Source: an uncultured Chloroflexia bacterium (lineage in GTDB: Bacteria; Chloroflexota; Limnocylindria; Limnocylindrales; CSP1-4). From it: DNA of 64,000 nucleotides. A program made the translations under genes and the position numbers. Shown in pieces: positions 1-9,955 of the stretch (its first letter is position 1; every line of letters begins with the position of its first letter). Below the pieces are notes generated by a model that was given only the letters and a program-made list of their open reading frames with translations, did not search any database and had not been told where the DNA came from. The DNA lies in contig CAVVDB010000007.1 of assembly GCA_963746865.1 (NCBI GenBank), positions 250,235 to 314,234 of the forward strand. Reading direction: 5' to 3'.

Positions 1-408
1 GAAGACGAGGTCGAGCTCGATGGTCGTGCCGGCCGCGAGCTCCGCGGGCAGGTGCATGAGCATGAGGTGGTAGCTCCCGGGCTTGAACTCGACCGAGCCG
101 CCGGCGGGGATCTCGACGCGCTCGACGGGATGCATGCCGGCCATGCCGGACCCGTCCATGGACGTCTCGTGCAACTCGACCATGCCCACGTCCGGGCTGG
201 ATACCGACAGGAGCGCGTCGGCGGTCGCAGATGGATTCGAGACGATGAAGTAAGCCGCGCTCTGTCCGGCCGCCGGAGCGGAGCGTGCCCAGGCCCCGCT
301 GACCTCCGGAGCGGAGCCGGACGACGCGCTGGGTGAAACGCCTGATGCGCACGCGGCGACGGCGATCGCCGTAGCGGCGAGCAGCGAGATGAAGCGTGCA
401 GGATGCAT
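1..408 (-). CDS. PCu(A)C-type copper chaperone lipoprotein (DUF461); 3' end lies outside the window
   Basis: Reverse translation from ATG at 408 gives MHPARFISLLAATAIAVAACASG (lipobox), then VELHETSMDGSGMAGMHPVERVEIPAGGSVEFKPGSYHLMLMHL. This is a His/Met Cu(I) motif typical of PCuAC. The frame stays open to position 1. Confidence 0.75.
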   Translation of the reverse strand, partial: MHPARFISLLAATAIAVAACASGVSPSASSGSAPEVSGAWARSAPAAGQSAAYFIVSNPSATADALLSVSSPDVGMVELHETSMDGSGMAGMHPVERVEIPAGGSVEFKPGSYHLMLMHLPAELAAGTTIELDLVF

Positions 409-547
409 GCGGCCGGGACACTCGTGCAGATGTGGATGGTATCGACCGTAGCGGGCGTCCGCTCCCCAGGACAGGTCTGATCGGCCCCTGGCCCCGGGCC
501 AAGCGGCCGTGCTGCCGACGAGCCGACCACGGCCTACACTCGCGACC

Positions 548-2290
548 ATGCATGCCCGATCGATCCGGCCGGACTTCGAGTGGATGCGCACCTACCAGCG
601 TGCCTGGCTGCGGAAGGACCTCGTCGCCGGGATCGTCCTGACGGCGATCCTCGTGCCGGCCGGGATGGGCTACGCGGAGGCGTCCGGCCTGCCGCCGATC
701 ATCGGCCTGTACGCCTCGATCGTCCCGCTCCTCGCCTACGCCGTCCTCGGCCCGTCTCGGATCCTTGTCCTCGGCCCGGACTCGTCACTGGTGCCCCTCA
801 TCGCGGCCGCGATCATCCCGCTGTCGGGTGGCGACCAGGACCGAGCGGTCACGCTGGCGGCCCTGCTGGCGGTGATCGTGGGCGTGGTCGTCGTCACGGC
901 CGGGATCGCCCGCCTGGGGTTCCTGACCGACCTCCTGTCCGCCCCGGTCCGGGTCGGCTACCTGAACGGCATCGCGCTGATCGTCATCGTCGGCCAACTC
1001 CCGAAGCTGTTCGGATTCAGCGTCGATGCCGACGGCCTGGTCGACGAGGCTCAGGCGTTCGTGGCCGGGGTGGCCGCCGGGGAGACGCTGCCCGCCGCCC
1101 TCGCCATCGGCGTCGCCTGCCTGGTCATCATCCTGGGCTTCAAGCGCTGGCTTCCGGACGTGCCCGGGATCCTCGTCGCCGTCATCGGTGCGACGGTCGT
1201 GAGCGCGGTCCTCGACCTGGCCGCCACGACCGGGCTCCCGGTCATCGGCCCGCTGCCGGTCGGCCTGCCGCCGCTGACCATCCCATCGATCGACCTGAGC
1301 GACATCGTCGCCCTCATCCCGGCGGCCCTCGGCATCGCGCTCGTGTCGGCGACCGACACGAGCGTCCTGTCGCGGACGCTGTCGATCCGTCGCGGTGAGG
1401 AAGTGAACCAGGACCGGGAGCTGATCGGTCTCGGCGCCGCGAACCTCGCGACGGGGTTCTTCTCGGGGATGCCGATCAGCAGCAGCTCGTCGCGCACGCC
1501 GGTGGCCGAGGCCGCGGGGGCGCAGACCCAGCTGACCTCGGTCATCGGGGCGATCGCCATCGCCATCATGTTGGTCGCGCTCCCGGCACTGCTGGCGGAC
1601 CTTCCGTCGACCACCCTGGCCGCGGTGGTCATCTCCGCCGGCCTGTCGCTCATCGACGTGCGGTCGGTGGCGCGGCTGTGGCGGATCGGCTCGGGCGAGT
1701 TCTGGCTGTCGATGGCGACGTTCGTCGGGGTGGCGTTCGTCGGCGTCATCCAGGGCGTCTTCCTCGCGGTCGGGCTGTCGCTGATCGCGTTCGTCCAGCG
1801 GGCGTGGTGGCCGCACGACGCCGTCCTCGGCCGCGCCGATGGCGTGAAGGGCTATCACGACGTGACGTACTACCCGGACGCACGCCAGATCCCGGGGCTG
1901 CTCCTCTATCGGTTCGACGCACCGCTGTTCTTCGCCAACGCGGACGTCTTCCGCGATCGGATCCGTGAACGGATCGCGGCCGCCGCGGTGCCGGTCCGCT
2001 GGGTGATCATCGCGGCCGAACCGATCACCGATGTCGACACCACCGCCACGGCGATGCTCGATCGACTCCACTCGGAACTCGCCGCGGCCGGTATCACCCT
2101 GGTCGTCGCCGAACTCAAGGATCCGGTCAAGGCGCGGCTGCGCCGCTACGGGGCGCTCACCAACGTGACCGAGGATCAGCTCTTCCCGACCGTCGGCACC
2201 GCCGTGGACGCCTACATCGAGGCGTCAGGGCAGACCTGGATCGACTGGGAGGAAGCCGGCCCGACGGACGCTACGACGCCGGCGCCGTGA
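548..2290 (+). CDS. SulP-family anion transporter with C-terminal STAS domain
   Basis: ORF 509..2290. Multi-TM core (LYASIVPLLAYAVLGPSRILVLGPDS...) and a STAS-like tail (LLLYRFDAPLFFANADVF...). ATG at 548 preferred as the start. Confidence 0.9.
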   Translation: MHARSIRPDFEWMRTYQRAWLRKDLVAGIVLTAILVPAGMGYAEASGLPPIIGLYASIVPLLAYAVLGPSRILVLGPDSSLVPLIAAAIIPLSGGDQDRAVTLAALLAVIVGVVVVTAGIARLGFLTDLLSAPVRVGYLNGIALIVIVGQLPKLFGFSVDADGLVDEAQAFVAGVAAGETLPAALAIGVACLVIILGFKRWLPDVPGILVAVIGATVVSAVLDLAATTGLPVIGPLPVGLPPLTIPSIDLSDIVALIPAALGIALVSATDTSVLSRTLSIRRGEEVNQDRELIGLGAANLATGFFSGMPISSSSSRTPVAEAAGAQTQLTSVIGAIAIAIMLVALPALLADLPSTTLAAVVISAGLSLIDVRSVARLWRIGSGEFWLSMATFVGVAFVGVIQGVFLAVGLSLIAFVQRAWWPHDAVLGRADGVKGYHDVTYYPDARQIPGLLLYRFDAPLFFANADVFRDRIRERIAAAAVPVRWVIIAAEPITDVDTTATAMLDRLHSELAAAGITLVVAELKDPVKARLRRYGALTNVTEDQLFPTVGTAVDAYIEASGQTWIDWEEAGPTDATTPAP

Positions 2291-2943
2291 TCGGGTCGGC
2301 CTCCGCCGGACCGATGGTCGTCGTCGACGATGTCTCGTGGCCCTCGGTCGTCGCCTCGTACCGGAAGGTCACGGTCGTGCCGTCGATCGTGATCCTGACG
2401 GTCAGCGGCTCGCCCTCGAGTCCGAGGGCGGCGGCCGGATAGGTCGCCACCAGCGACCCCGGCGCGCCGGACGGCCGCATCGGCGATCACGTCGAGCGGC
2501 TCGGCGAGGGCGTCGAGCGGGGAGCCGGGGGCCTGCTCGGCGGCGACGAGGACCCACTTCCCCTTCGGCTCGCGGGCCCACGCCTTCGGCGGGATCTCGA
2601 CGTACTCGACGGCCTTGCCGTTCGTCGTGACCGTCAGCCGGCTGGCGGCGCCGACCGACCGACCCTTCGCGCTCACGACGGTCGCGCCACCCACCTCGAC
2701 GAGGGTCTCGAAGGCGGACGAGGCCCGCAGCGGCGCGAGGGCGTTCGCGAGGACGGTCGCCGGGGCGACCAGCGACGCCCAGCGGCATCGTCGAGGGCCG
2801 ACGCCGCCGGGGCGGCGGCCGCCCGGCGCGCGCGAGGACGGCGCCGACGAGCCGGCACAGCCGGCGACGAGGACCAGCACGAGGATGGCCCCGCCGAGGC
2901 GGAGCCATCCTCGGGTCGCGCGAATCTCAGGCGGGGTGGGCAA
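2271..2943 (-). pseudogene. Lipoprotein of unknown function; reading frame changes near 2455-2485
   Basis: TTG start followed by the signal/lipobox GGAILVLVLVAGCAGSS. The protein-like sequence continues in a second frame (ORF 2271..2480: ...LTVRITIDGTTVTFRYEATTEGHETS...). The original frame turns into Arg/Asp-rich junk after the junction. Confidence 0.5.
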
Positions 2944-3028
2944 CCGCCCGCCTATCCCCTCGCCATGGCCGCCGTCACGGCGATCGCCGCCGCCGCGCCG
3001 ACCATCACGGTCGCCGTCGTGGCCACCG

Positions 3029-4049
3029 TCATCGCCGCCGTCGTGGCCGCCGCCCCGGCCGCGCGTTCGGATCGATCGGCGTGTTGACGCCGGGATCCGC
3101 GGCCGGCTGGTGCCGGCACTTCGGGGTCCGGGCGCTGACCTTCAGCGCCCAGGTCCCGTCCTTCTTCTCGTGGAGGCTGACCTTGACCTTGCGTCGGTGC
3201 CGTCGAACTTGACGGAGATCCCGTGCTTGCCGGCCTTGCTCGTGGCCGGCGCACTGGCGGCGCCGAACACGACCGAGCCATCGGTGCCGTTGTCGACGAC
3301 GGTGTAGCTGAAGCTGACCGCCGTCACCGTCGCACAGGTGGCCGGACCACGTCCGCGTCCCGGCCAGTTCGGCCAGCGTGCCGGTCAGCTTCTGCCGGTC
3401 CCTGCCCGACAGCGTGATCTTGAAGCTCGCGGCGTGATCGCCGGTCGCCTTGACCGAGATCGCGATGTCGAGCTTCTTGGTGAAGCCGTCGCGGCTGAAG
3501 GTGATGCCGGACCGACGGCGCTCGAGCCCTTGGAACCGGTCTTCGACTTCGGCGTCCCCTCGACGACGGCGATGTCGCCGGGAGCGTTGACCGAGTCGAC
3601 CGCGACCGTCGGCTTGCCGCCGTCATCGCCGACGGTGTAGCCGACCGTCGTCGCGGCGCCGGTCCCGAACAGGTCGGCCGACCAGCTCCCCGATCCGACG
3701 AACGAGGCGAGCGTCGGTGCGGACGCCTTGACCGACAGCTTGTCGCCCTTGGCCTTGATCTTGACCTGCGAGGTCCCGTCGCCGTTCTTGAAGCTCACGG
3801 CATGCGGCCCGACCTGGTCGCCGAGTACGTGCCGACCGGGTCGAGGTCGACCTGGCTGACGTTCCCGACGACGTCGAGCTTGATCTCGACGGTGAGCCCG
3901 GAGCCCGGCATCGGCAGGGTGACGGTCATCCCGCCCGTCTGGGCGATGGCCTCCGAGGTGTTGGCCAGGACGGCCACCGGAAGGGCCAGCAGCGCCACGA
4001 GGGCGATGCCGAGGGGGGCGACGACGGCGCGTCGAATCGGTCTCAACAT
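3029..4049 (-). pseudogene. Secreted beta-rich protein of unknown function; at least four frame changes
   Basis: Signal peptide MLRPIRRAVVAPLGIALVALLALPVAVLANTSEA (ORF 3795..4049). Protein-like sequence then hops frames near 3835, 3510, 3335 and 3195: ...HAVSFKNGDGTSQVKIKAKGDKLSVKA... / SGITFSRDGFTKKLDIAISVKATGDHAASFKITLSG / TAVSFSYTVVDNGTDGSVVFG / KVKVSLHEKKDGTWALKVSA. The 3' end is uncertain. Confidence 0.45.
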
Positions 4050-4187
4050 GATCGATCATGTCTCCCGTGCGGACGGCGTGGATCCGGCGGGTTGGGGCAG
4101 GCCGGATCGGCACCTCCGGCCCACCCTAGCACCGGGATCGGCTCTGTGCGCCGGACGATGCGGGCAACCGGCGCTGGTCCGATGGTC

Positions 4188-5162
4188 CTAGCGGGAGGCC
4201 TTGATCGCGCTGATGACGGCGGGCAGGACGGCGTGCAGATCGCCGATCACGGCGTACGTGGCGCGGGTCACCATCGGGGCGTCGCGGTCGGTGTTGATGG
4301 CCAGGATCGCCTTCGCCGAACGGCAGCCGACGATGTGCTGGATCGCCCCGCTGATGCCACACGCGATGTACAGGTCGGGGGCGATCCGAGTCCCGGTCTG
4401 ACCGACCTGTTGCGCGTGCGGGCGCCAGCCGGCCGAGGTCACGACGCGCGACACACCGACCGCTCCACCGAGCAGGGTCGCGAGCTCGTCGAGCTGCGCG
4501 AAGCCCTCGGCGCTGCCGACCCCGCGCCCACCACCGACGACGACCCGCGCATCGGCCAGCGAGACCTTGCCGGCCTCGGCCGGGACGCGCGAAGTGATGC
4601 GGACCCGAAAGTCGCGGTCGGTGAGGTCCGGGGCGAACGGCGCAACGGTGACCGGGGCGCCGGCACCGGCGGCGGTCGTGGCCGGTTCGTAGGCGTGCGG
4701 CGCGGCGGTCAGGAGCCGGACCGCACCATCGAGCCGCGCCTCCTCGAGGAGGCTGCCGCCCCAGCGTTGGCGGGTGACCTGCCACGGATCGCCGGGTCGG
4801 ACCTCGGTGCAGTTGGCGGCCAGCGGCAGGCCGGTTCGCGCCCCGAGGTGGGCCATGATCTCGGCGCCGCGGTCGCTGGCCGGGCCGACGACGGCGACCG
4901 GCGCGTCGCGTCCGACGAGCTGCGCCAGGCCCTTGCCGATCGCCTCGGGGGCGTGGTCGGTCAGGCGCGGGTCGTCGATGACGTGGAGGGTGGCGACACC
5001 GGTCCCCGCGAGCGCGCCACCCAGCGCGGTCGCGCCCGGACCCCAGGCGACGGCGTGGAGCGGGGTCCCGGTCGCCTCGGCGAGGGTCCGGCCCAGGGTG
5101 AGCGCCTCGCTGGAGAGACGGTCGAGCGACCCGGCGTCGTGTTCGATGACGACGAGGATCAT
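4188..5162 (-). CDS. etfA: Electron transfer flavoprotein, alpha subunit
   Basis: 324-aa ORF with the ETF-alpha FAD signature IACGISGAIQHIVG. 4-nt ATGA overlap with etfB. Confidence 0.92.
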   Translation of the reverse strand: MILVVIEHDAGSLDRLSSEALTLGRTLAEATGTPLHAVAWGPGATALGGALAGTGVATLHVIDDPRLTDHAPEAIGKGLAQLVGRDAPVAVVGPASDRGAEIMAHLGARTGLPLAANCTEVRPGDPWQVTRQRWGGSLLEEARLDGAVRLLTAAPHAYEPATTAAGAGAPVTVAPFAPDLTDRDFRVRITSRVPAEAGKVSLADARVVVGGGRGVGSAEGFAQLDELATLLGGAVGVSRVVTSAGWRPHAQQVGQTGTRIAPDLYIACGISGAIQHIVGCRSAKAILAINTDRDAPMVTRATYAVIGDLHAVLPAVISAIKASR

Positions 5163-5929
5163 GCGATCAGCCCCAGGCGCCGAAGCACGTCGACGACGCG
5201 CGGCGCCGCATCCGGGCCCTCACCGAGGATCTCGACCGCGCTCTCCTGCTCGACCGGCACGCGGAGGCGGATGCGGGCCGGGGCGCCACCGCCGGCCGCG
5301 AGCTCGACCCGCTCGATCTCCTTCTTGCGGGCCCGCAGCCGGCCCGGCACCGACGGGTAGCGCGGCAGGTTGATGCCCTCGCGGACCGTCACGACGGCCG
5401 GCCGCGGGACCTCGTAGACCTCCCAGCCGCCGGCGGCCGCCTCGCGCCGGGCGACGACCGCATCGTCACGGACCTCGAGCGCCTTGACCCCGGTCACGCA
5501 CGGCCGATCGAGCGCGACCGCGACCCGGATGCCGACCTGGTAGTCGCCGGTGTCGGCGGCCTCGTTGCCGAGGAGGATGAGGTCGAACGGACCGTCGGCC
5601 GCCTCGTGGGCCCGGATCGCCTCGACGATGGCCGCCGCGGTCGCGGTCGCGCCCCACTCGCCGCCGTCGGTGTGGAGCAGGATCGCCCCGTCGATGCCGA
5701 CCGCCATCGCCTCGCGGAGCTGGTCGGTCGCCTCCTCGGGGCCGAGCGTCAGGACCGTGCTCGTGCCGCCCTGGGCCTCGATGATCCGGACGGCCTCTTC
5801 GACCGCGCATTCCTCGTGCGGGCTGACCGTGAAGCCGAGGTAGCGCGTGTCGATCGCCTGCTCATCGTCGGTCAGGGTGATCTTGCCGGCGGTCGCCGGG
5901 ACGCGCTTGACGCAGACGAGGATGTTCAT
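5159..5929 (-). CDS. etfB: Electron transfer flavoprotein, beta subunit
   Basis: MNILVCVKRVPATAGKITL... is a typical ETF-beta N-terminus. It is the last 256 codons of the artefactual 1125-aa ORF 5159..8536. ATG at 5929. Confidence 0.9.
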   Translation of the reverse strand: MNILVCVKRVPATAGKITLTDDEQAIDTRYLGFTVSPHEECAVEEAVRIIEAQGGTSTVLTLGPEEATDQLREAMAVGIDGAILLHTDGGEWGATATAAAIVEAIRAHEAADGPFDLILLGNEAADTGDYQVGIRVAVALDRPCVTGVKALEVRDDAVVARREAAAGGWEVYEVPRPAVVTVREGINLPRYPSVPGRLRARKKEIERVELAAGGGAPARIRLRVPVEQESAVEILGEGPDAAPRVVDVLRRLGLIA

Positions 5930-5937
5930 CGCGGGCG

Positions 5938-8455
5938 TCACGCCTTCACCCGGGCGTTGTCGGGGTCGAACAGCGGCGTCGAGCCGACGACCGCGACGGT
6001 CACCGGGTAGCGCTCGCCGAAGTACTCGACGAGGAGCTTCGTCCCGGCGACGGCCTGGGCCGGCGGCAGGTACGACAGCAGGATGTGCTTGCCGACCGAC
6101 GGGCCGGAGCCCGCGCTCGTCACGAACGAGCGGCGGCCCTTGGCGTCGGTGATGGACTCGCCGCCGGCGGTCAGGATCGGCTCGCGACCGAGCATGTAGC
6201 GCTTGACGCCGCTGGCCGAGGTGTTGTCGTCGACCGTGAGGGTGCACAGCGTCGCGACCGGGGGCCTGGCTCGTTGCTCGAGGTAGGCGGCGCGGCCGAT
6301 GAAGTCGGCCTCCTTGACCTTGGGCCGGAGCATGTCGGCCTCGACCAGGTCGAATTCGAGCTCGAGCTCGGCGCCGTGCGCGCGATAGCCCTTTTCGAGC
6401 CGCCCGGTCGTGCCGTAGACGCCGATCCCGAACGGGACGATGCCGTGCGGCGCCCCGGCCTCGGCCAGCGTGTCCCACAGTCGGGCGCCCTGCTCCATCG
6501 GGACGTAGAGCTCCCAGCCCAGCTCGCCGACGTACGAGATCCGCGAGGCGAGGACCGGGATCCCGCCGAGCTCGATCGGGCGGGCAGGTCCCGAACGGGA
6601 ACCCCTCGTTGGAGACGTCGTCCGAGGTCGCCGAGGCGACGACGTCGCGCGCTCGAGGGCCCCAGATCCCGGCCGTGCACCAGGTCGAGGTGGCGTCGTA
6701 CAGCTGGGCGGAGCCGTCGGCCGGCAGGTGATCGCTGAACCACTTCCGATCGCCCATCCCGTGCGCGCCGCCGGTCACGACCCGGAAGTGGTCGCGACCG
6801 AGGCGCATGATCGTCAGGTCCGACTTGATCCCGCCGGCCTCGTTGAGCAGCGGCGTGTAGACGACCCGACCGTCGGGCACGTCCATCTGGGCAACGGCCA
6901 TCTGCTGGACGTGGTCGAGCGCGCCTGGCCCGGTGATGTCGAAGATGGCGAACGCCGAGAGGTCGACCATCCCGACCCGGTCGCGCATGGCGAGGTGCTC
7001 GGCGTTGATGATCGGCGACCACCAGCGCGATTCCCATTCCGCCTTGCGCGCCATGACCCGGTCACCGAACTCCTCGAGGAGCGGCGCATTCGAGGCGTAC
7101 CAGAACGGGCGCTCCCAGCCGGCGGTCTCGAAGAAGACCGCACCGAGCTCTCGCTCGCGGCTGTTGAACGGGCTGAGCCGGACGTCGCGGTTGCTCGACC
7201 ATTGCTCGGCCGGGTGGACGATCCCGTAGGTCTTGTTGAACCCCTCGGCAGAACGCGCCTTGACGTGATGGCGGGCCTTCTGGTGGGCGTGGAAGCGGGC
7301 GATGTCCGAACCGTGCGGGTCGATCTCGGGCTTCCCGTCGGTCATCCACTCGGCGACCATCCGGGCGATCCCCGGGGCCTCCTTGATCCAGATCGCGGCG
7401 GCGGCCCAGAGGCCCTTGACCTCTGGCGTCTCGCCCAGGATCGGCATCCCGTCCGGGGTGAGCGACAGCAGCCCGTTGATCTGGTGGCGGATGCCTACCC
7501 GCTCGTCGCCGAGGATGTCCGGGACCAGCTCGAGCGCCTGCTCCATCTGGAGCTCGAAATCCTCCTCGGTGAACGGCAGCTCGGTCGGCGACAGCGCCGA
7601 TTCGGCGATCGACGGGATCTCGTCGGCGTCCATCAGGATCGCCCGGTGGGCGTACGAGCCGACCTCGAGGTCGCCGCCGTGCTGGCGTTCGTAGCAGTTG
7701 GTGTCCATGTCGCGGACGATCGGGTACTCGATCTCGCCGGCGGTCGTGGCGAACAGCGGGACCGGCCCGACGCTGATCATCTGGTGGACCGCGGGGGTCA
7801 GCGGGATCTCGGCGCCCGCCATCGCCGCGATCCGCGGGCTCCAGACGCCGCAGGCGATGACCACGATGTCCGCCTCGAAGTCGCCCTTGTCGGTGTGGAC
7901 GCGGGTCACGCGGCCGTCCTCGACATCGATGCCGGTCACCTCGGTCATCGGGGCGAGGCGGAGGGCGCCGAGCGCCTGGGCGCGCTCGCGCATGATCGTG
8001 CCGGCGCGGAGCGAATCCACGACGCCGATGCCGGGCGTGGAGAAGCCGCCGAGGATGACGTCGGTGTTGACGTACGGGACCAGGGCTTTCACCTCGGCCG
8101 GGGTGAGCAACTCGGATTCGATCCCCCACGAGCGCGACGACGCCATCCGGCGCTTGAGCTCCTCCATCCGCTCGGGGGTCCGGGCGACCTCGATGCCGCC
8201 GCTCTGGGTGAAGACGCCCATCTCCTTGTACTGCTCGACGCTGTCCGCGGTCAGGGCCGTCATCTCGCGCGAGTGGTCGGTCAGGAAGATGAAGTTGGAG
8301 GCGTGGCCGGTGGAGCCGCCCGGGTTCGGGAGCGGGCCCTTCTCGATCTGGACGATGTCGCGCCAACCCAGCCGGGCCAGGTGGTAGACCATGCTGTTGC
8401 CGACGATCCCGGCGCCGATGACGACGACGCGCGCGGCGCTCGGTAGCGTGCTCAA
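5938..8455 (-). pseudogene. Dimethylglycine/sarcosine dehydrogenase(oxidase)-like flavoprotein (FAD DAO domain + GcvT folate-binding domain); 1-nt frame change at about 6586
   Basis: N-terminal VVVIGAGIVGNSMVYHLARLG (FAD fold). C-terminal GcvT-like part is in ORF 5938..6498. At the junction ...NEGFPFGT|t|ARPIELGGIPVLASRISYVGELGWELYVPMEQG reads through only if one base is removed. TTG start at 8455 is preceded by AGGAGG (8461-8466). Confidence 0.8.
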
Positions 8456-8557
8456 CTGGACCTCCTGGACTCGAAGCAGCCGGCAGGCCTGTGGCGGTGG
8501 CAGGGCTGCGGTCTGGTGCGGCGGACGCCCGCCCATTCTACTGTCGCGGGGATGCCC

Positions 8558-9448
8558 TCAACCGTGCGAGACGGCCTCCAGGCGCCGGCGATCGTCGGTC
8601 TCGAGCTGGAAGGTCGAGTGCTCGATGTCGAAATCGTCCGACAGGCATTCGCACAGGAAGTCGAGCACGCCCGCCGCGTCCGCCTCCGGCCGAAGCACGA
8701 CGTGGGCCGACACGACGTTGACCCCCGAGGTGATCGTCCAGGCGTGCAGGTCATGGACGTCGGCGACCCCGGGCGCGTCGAGGATGTGGGCCCGGACGTG
8801 GGCCATGTCGACCCCCTTGGGCGTCGCCTCGAGGAGGACGTCGATCGCGTCCCGCAGCAGCTTCCAGGTCCTCGGCAGGATGAGCAGCGCGATCACGACC
8901 GAGGCGACGGCGTCGGCGCCGGTCTGGCCGGTGACGGTGATGACCACGGCCGCGGCGATGACCGCGACGGACCCGGCAAGGTCGCCCATGACTTCCAGGT
9001 AGGCGCCGCGCATGTTGAGGCTCCGCGCCTGGGCGTGGCGCAGCAACCACAGGGAGATGCCGTTGATGACGAGCCCAACGAGCGCGACCGCGAGCATCAG
9101 CCCCGACGCCACCTCCGGCGGATCCGACAGCCGGCGCCACGCCTCGTAGAGGATGAAGGCGGCGACCGCGAACAGGAGGGCCGCGTTGGCGACGGCCGCC
9201 AGGATCTCCAGGCGGAGGTAGCCGAAGGTGCGTTCGTTGCTGGCCGGCCGGGAGCCGATCCAGATGGCCAACAGGGCGAGGCCGAGGCCGGCGACATCGG
9301 TCAGCGCATGTCCGGCGTCGGCGAGGAGCGCCAGGCTGTTGGAGGCGAGCCCGCCGACCAGTTCGATGACGAGGATGCCGATCGACAGGCACAGGACGAC
9401 GAGCAGCCGACGGGCGTCGGCTCGGGCGGGCGAGTGGACGTGGGGCAC
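8558..9448 (-). CDS. Cation diffusion facilitator (CzcD/ZitB-like) divalent-metal efflux protein
   Basis: 296 aa, six TM segments, the CDF motif HALTDVAGLGLAL and a cytoplasmic C-terminal domain. GTG start. Confidence 0.88.
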   Translation of the reverse strand: MPHVHSPARADARRLLVVLCLSIGILVIELVGGLASNSLALLADAGHALTDVAGLGLALLAIWIGSRPASNERTFGYLRLEILAAVANAALLFAVAAFILYEAWRRLSDPPEVASGLMLAVALVGLVINGISLWLLRHAQARSLNMRGAYLEVMGDLAGSVAVIAAAVVITVTGQTGADAVASVVIALLILPRTWKLLRDAIDVLLEATPKGVDMAHVRAHILDAPGVADVHDLHAWTITSGVNVVSAHVVLRPEADAAGVLDFLCECLSDDFDIEHSTFQLETDDRRRLEAVSHG

Positions 9449-9804
9449 TACGCCTTGGGCGTGAAGCTGAGCAGGCCCGTGAAATGGCGGATGGCCCGCC
9501 CATCGCGCAGGTGGAACGCGTCATAGACGCGGGCGACCCCGCCGTCCAGGTCGATCGTCGCCTCGAAGAAGATCGTGTCGTCGGTCTCGACGAAGCGGTC
9601 CGTCGAGCGGAGCTTCAGGCCCGCCATCCGGTCGAGGTAGCCGTCGAAGTACGTGGCGATCGCGTCTCCCCCGACGATCTGGTTGTCGAACGAGATCAGG
9701 ACCGCGTCGTCCGCATAGTGCGACCGGATGCCGGCGATGTCCTTCGTTTCGCAGAACCGGACCTGGTCGTCGTAGAAGGTCTGCCCTGGGGTCTTGCTGG
9801 TCAT
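9448..9804 (-). CDS. SnoaL/NTF2-like small protein
   Basis: 118 aa starting at the internal ATG 9804 (MTSKTPGQTFYDDQVRFCETKD...HLRDGRAIRHFTG). Size and pattern fit the NTF2-like fold. The upstream part of ORF 9448..10080 is junk. Confidence 0.6.
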   Translation of the reverse strand: MTSKTPGQTFYDDQVRFCETKDIAGIRSHYADDAVLISFDNQIVGGDAIATYFDGYLDRMAGLKLRSTDRFVETDDTIFFEATIDLDGGVARVYDAFHLRDGRAIRHFTGLLSFTPKA

Positions 9805-9955
9805 CGGATCCTCGCGGCTGGGGCGTTGCGGCGACGGGTCGGCTGGAACCGTGCGACGCCTCGTCGATTGTGCCACCGCCCCGAGGTTGAGACCGCCGGG
9901 TGGGCAGCGTAGGCTTCGGTCGCAACGGATGACGGATCGACTGGAGGACGAGCGC

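Noticed and set aside
52-336. 94-aa plus-strand ORF at the window start
   Set aside because: It is antisense to a clear PCu(A)C copper-chaperone gene that the ORF track misses, because that gene has no stop codon inside the window.
785-2071. Long antisense or alternative-frame ORFs here and elsewhere (e.g. 4092..5360, 6728..8446, 8516..9526, 13719..15458, 15666..17918, 39728..41155, 47494..48498, 58050..59684, 61039..62733)
   Set aside because: All overlap genes with strong motif support on the other strand or frame. All show the R/G/D/P/H-rich composition typical of non-coding frames in high-GC DNA.
5159-8536. 1125-aa ORF suggesting a fusion of an FAD/GcvT dehydrogenase with ETF-beta
   Set aside because: The middle ~350 residues are Arg/Gly/Pro-rich junk read in the wrong frame. 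The true C-terminus of the dehydrogenase is in ORF 5938..6498, and etfB has its own ATG at 5929. The long ORF exists only because GC-rich DNA lacks stop codons.
8534-8560. Promoter for the dehydrogenase-etfBA operon (TTGAGG ... TAGAAT on the minus strand)
   Set aside because: The -10 element is good, but the spacer is only 15 nt and the -35 element overlaps the 3' end of the CDF gene. Not enough support to list as a feature.
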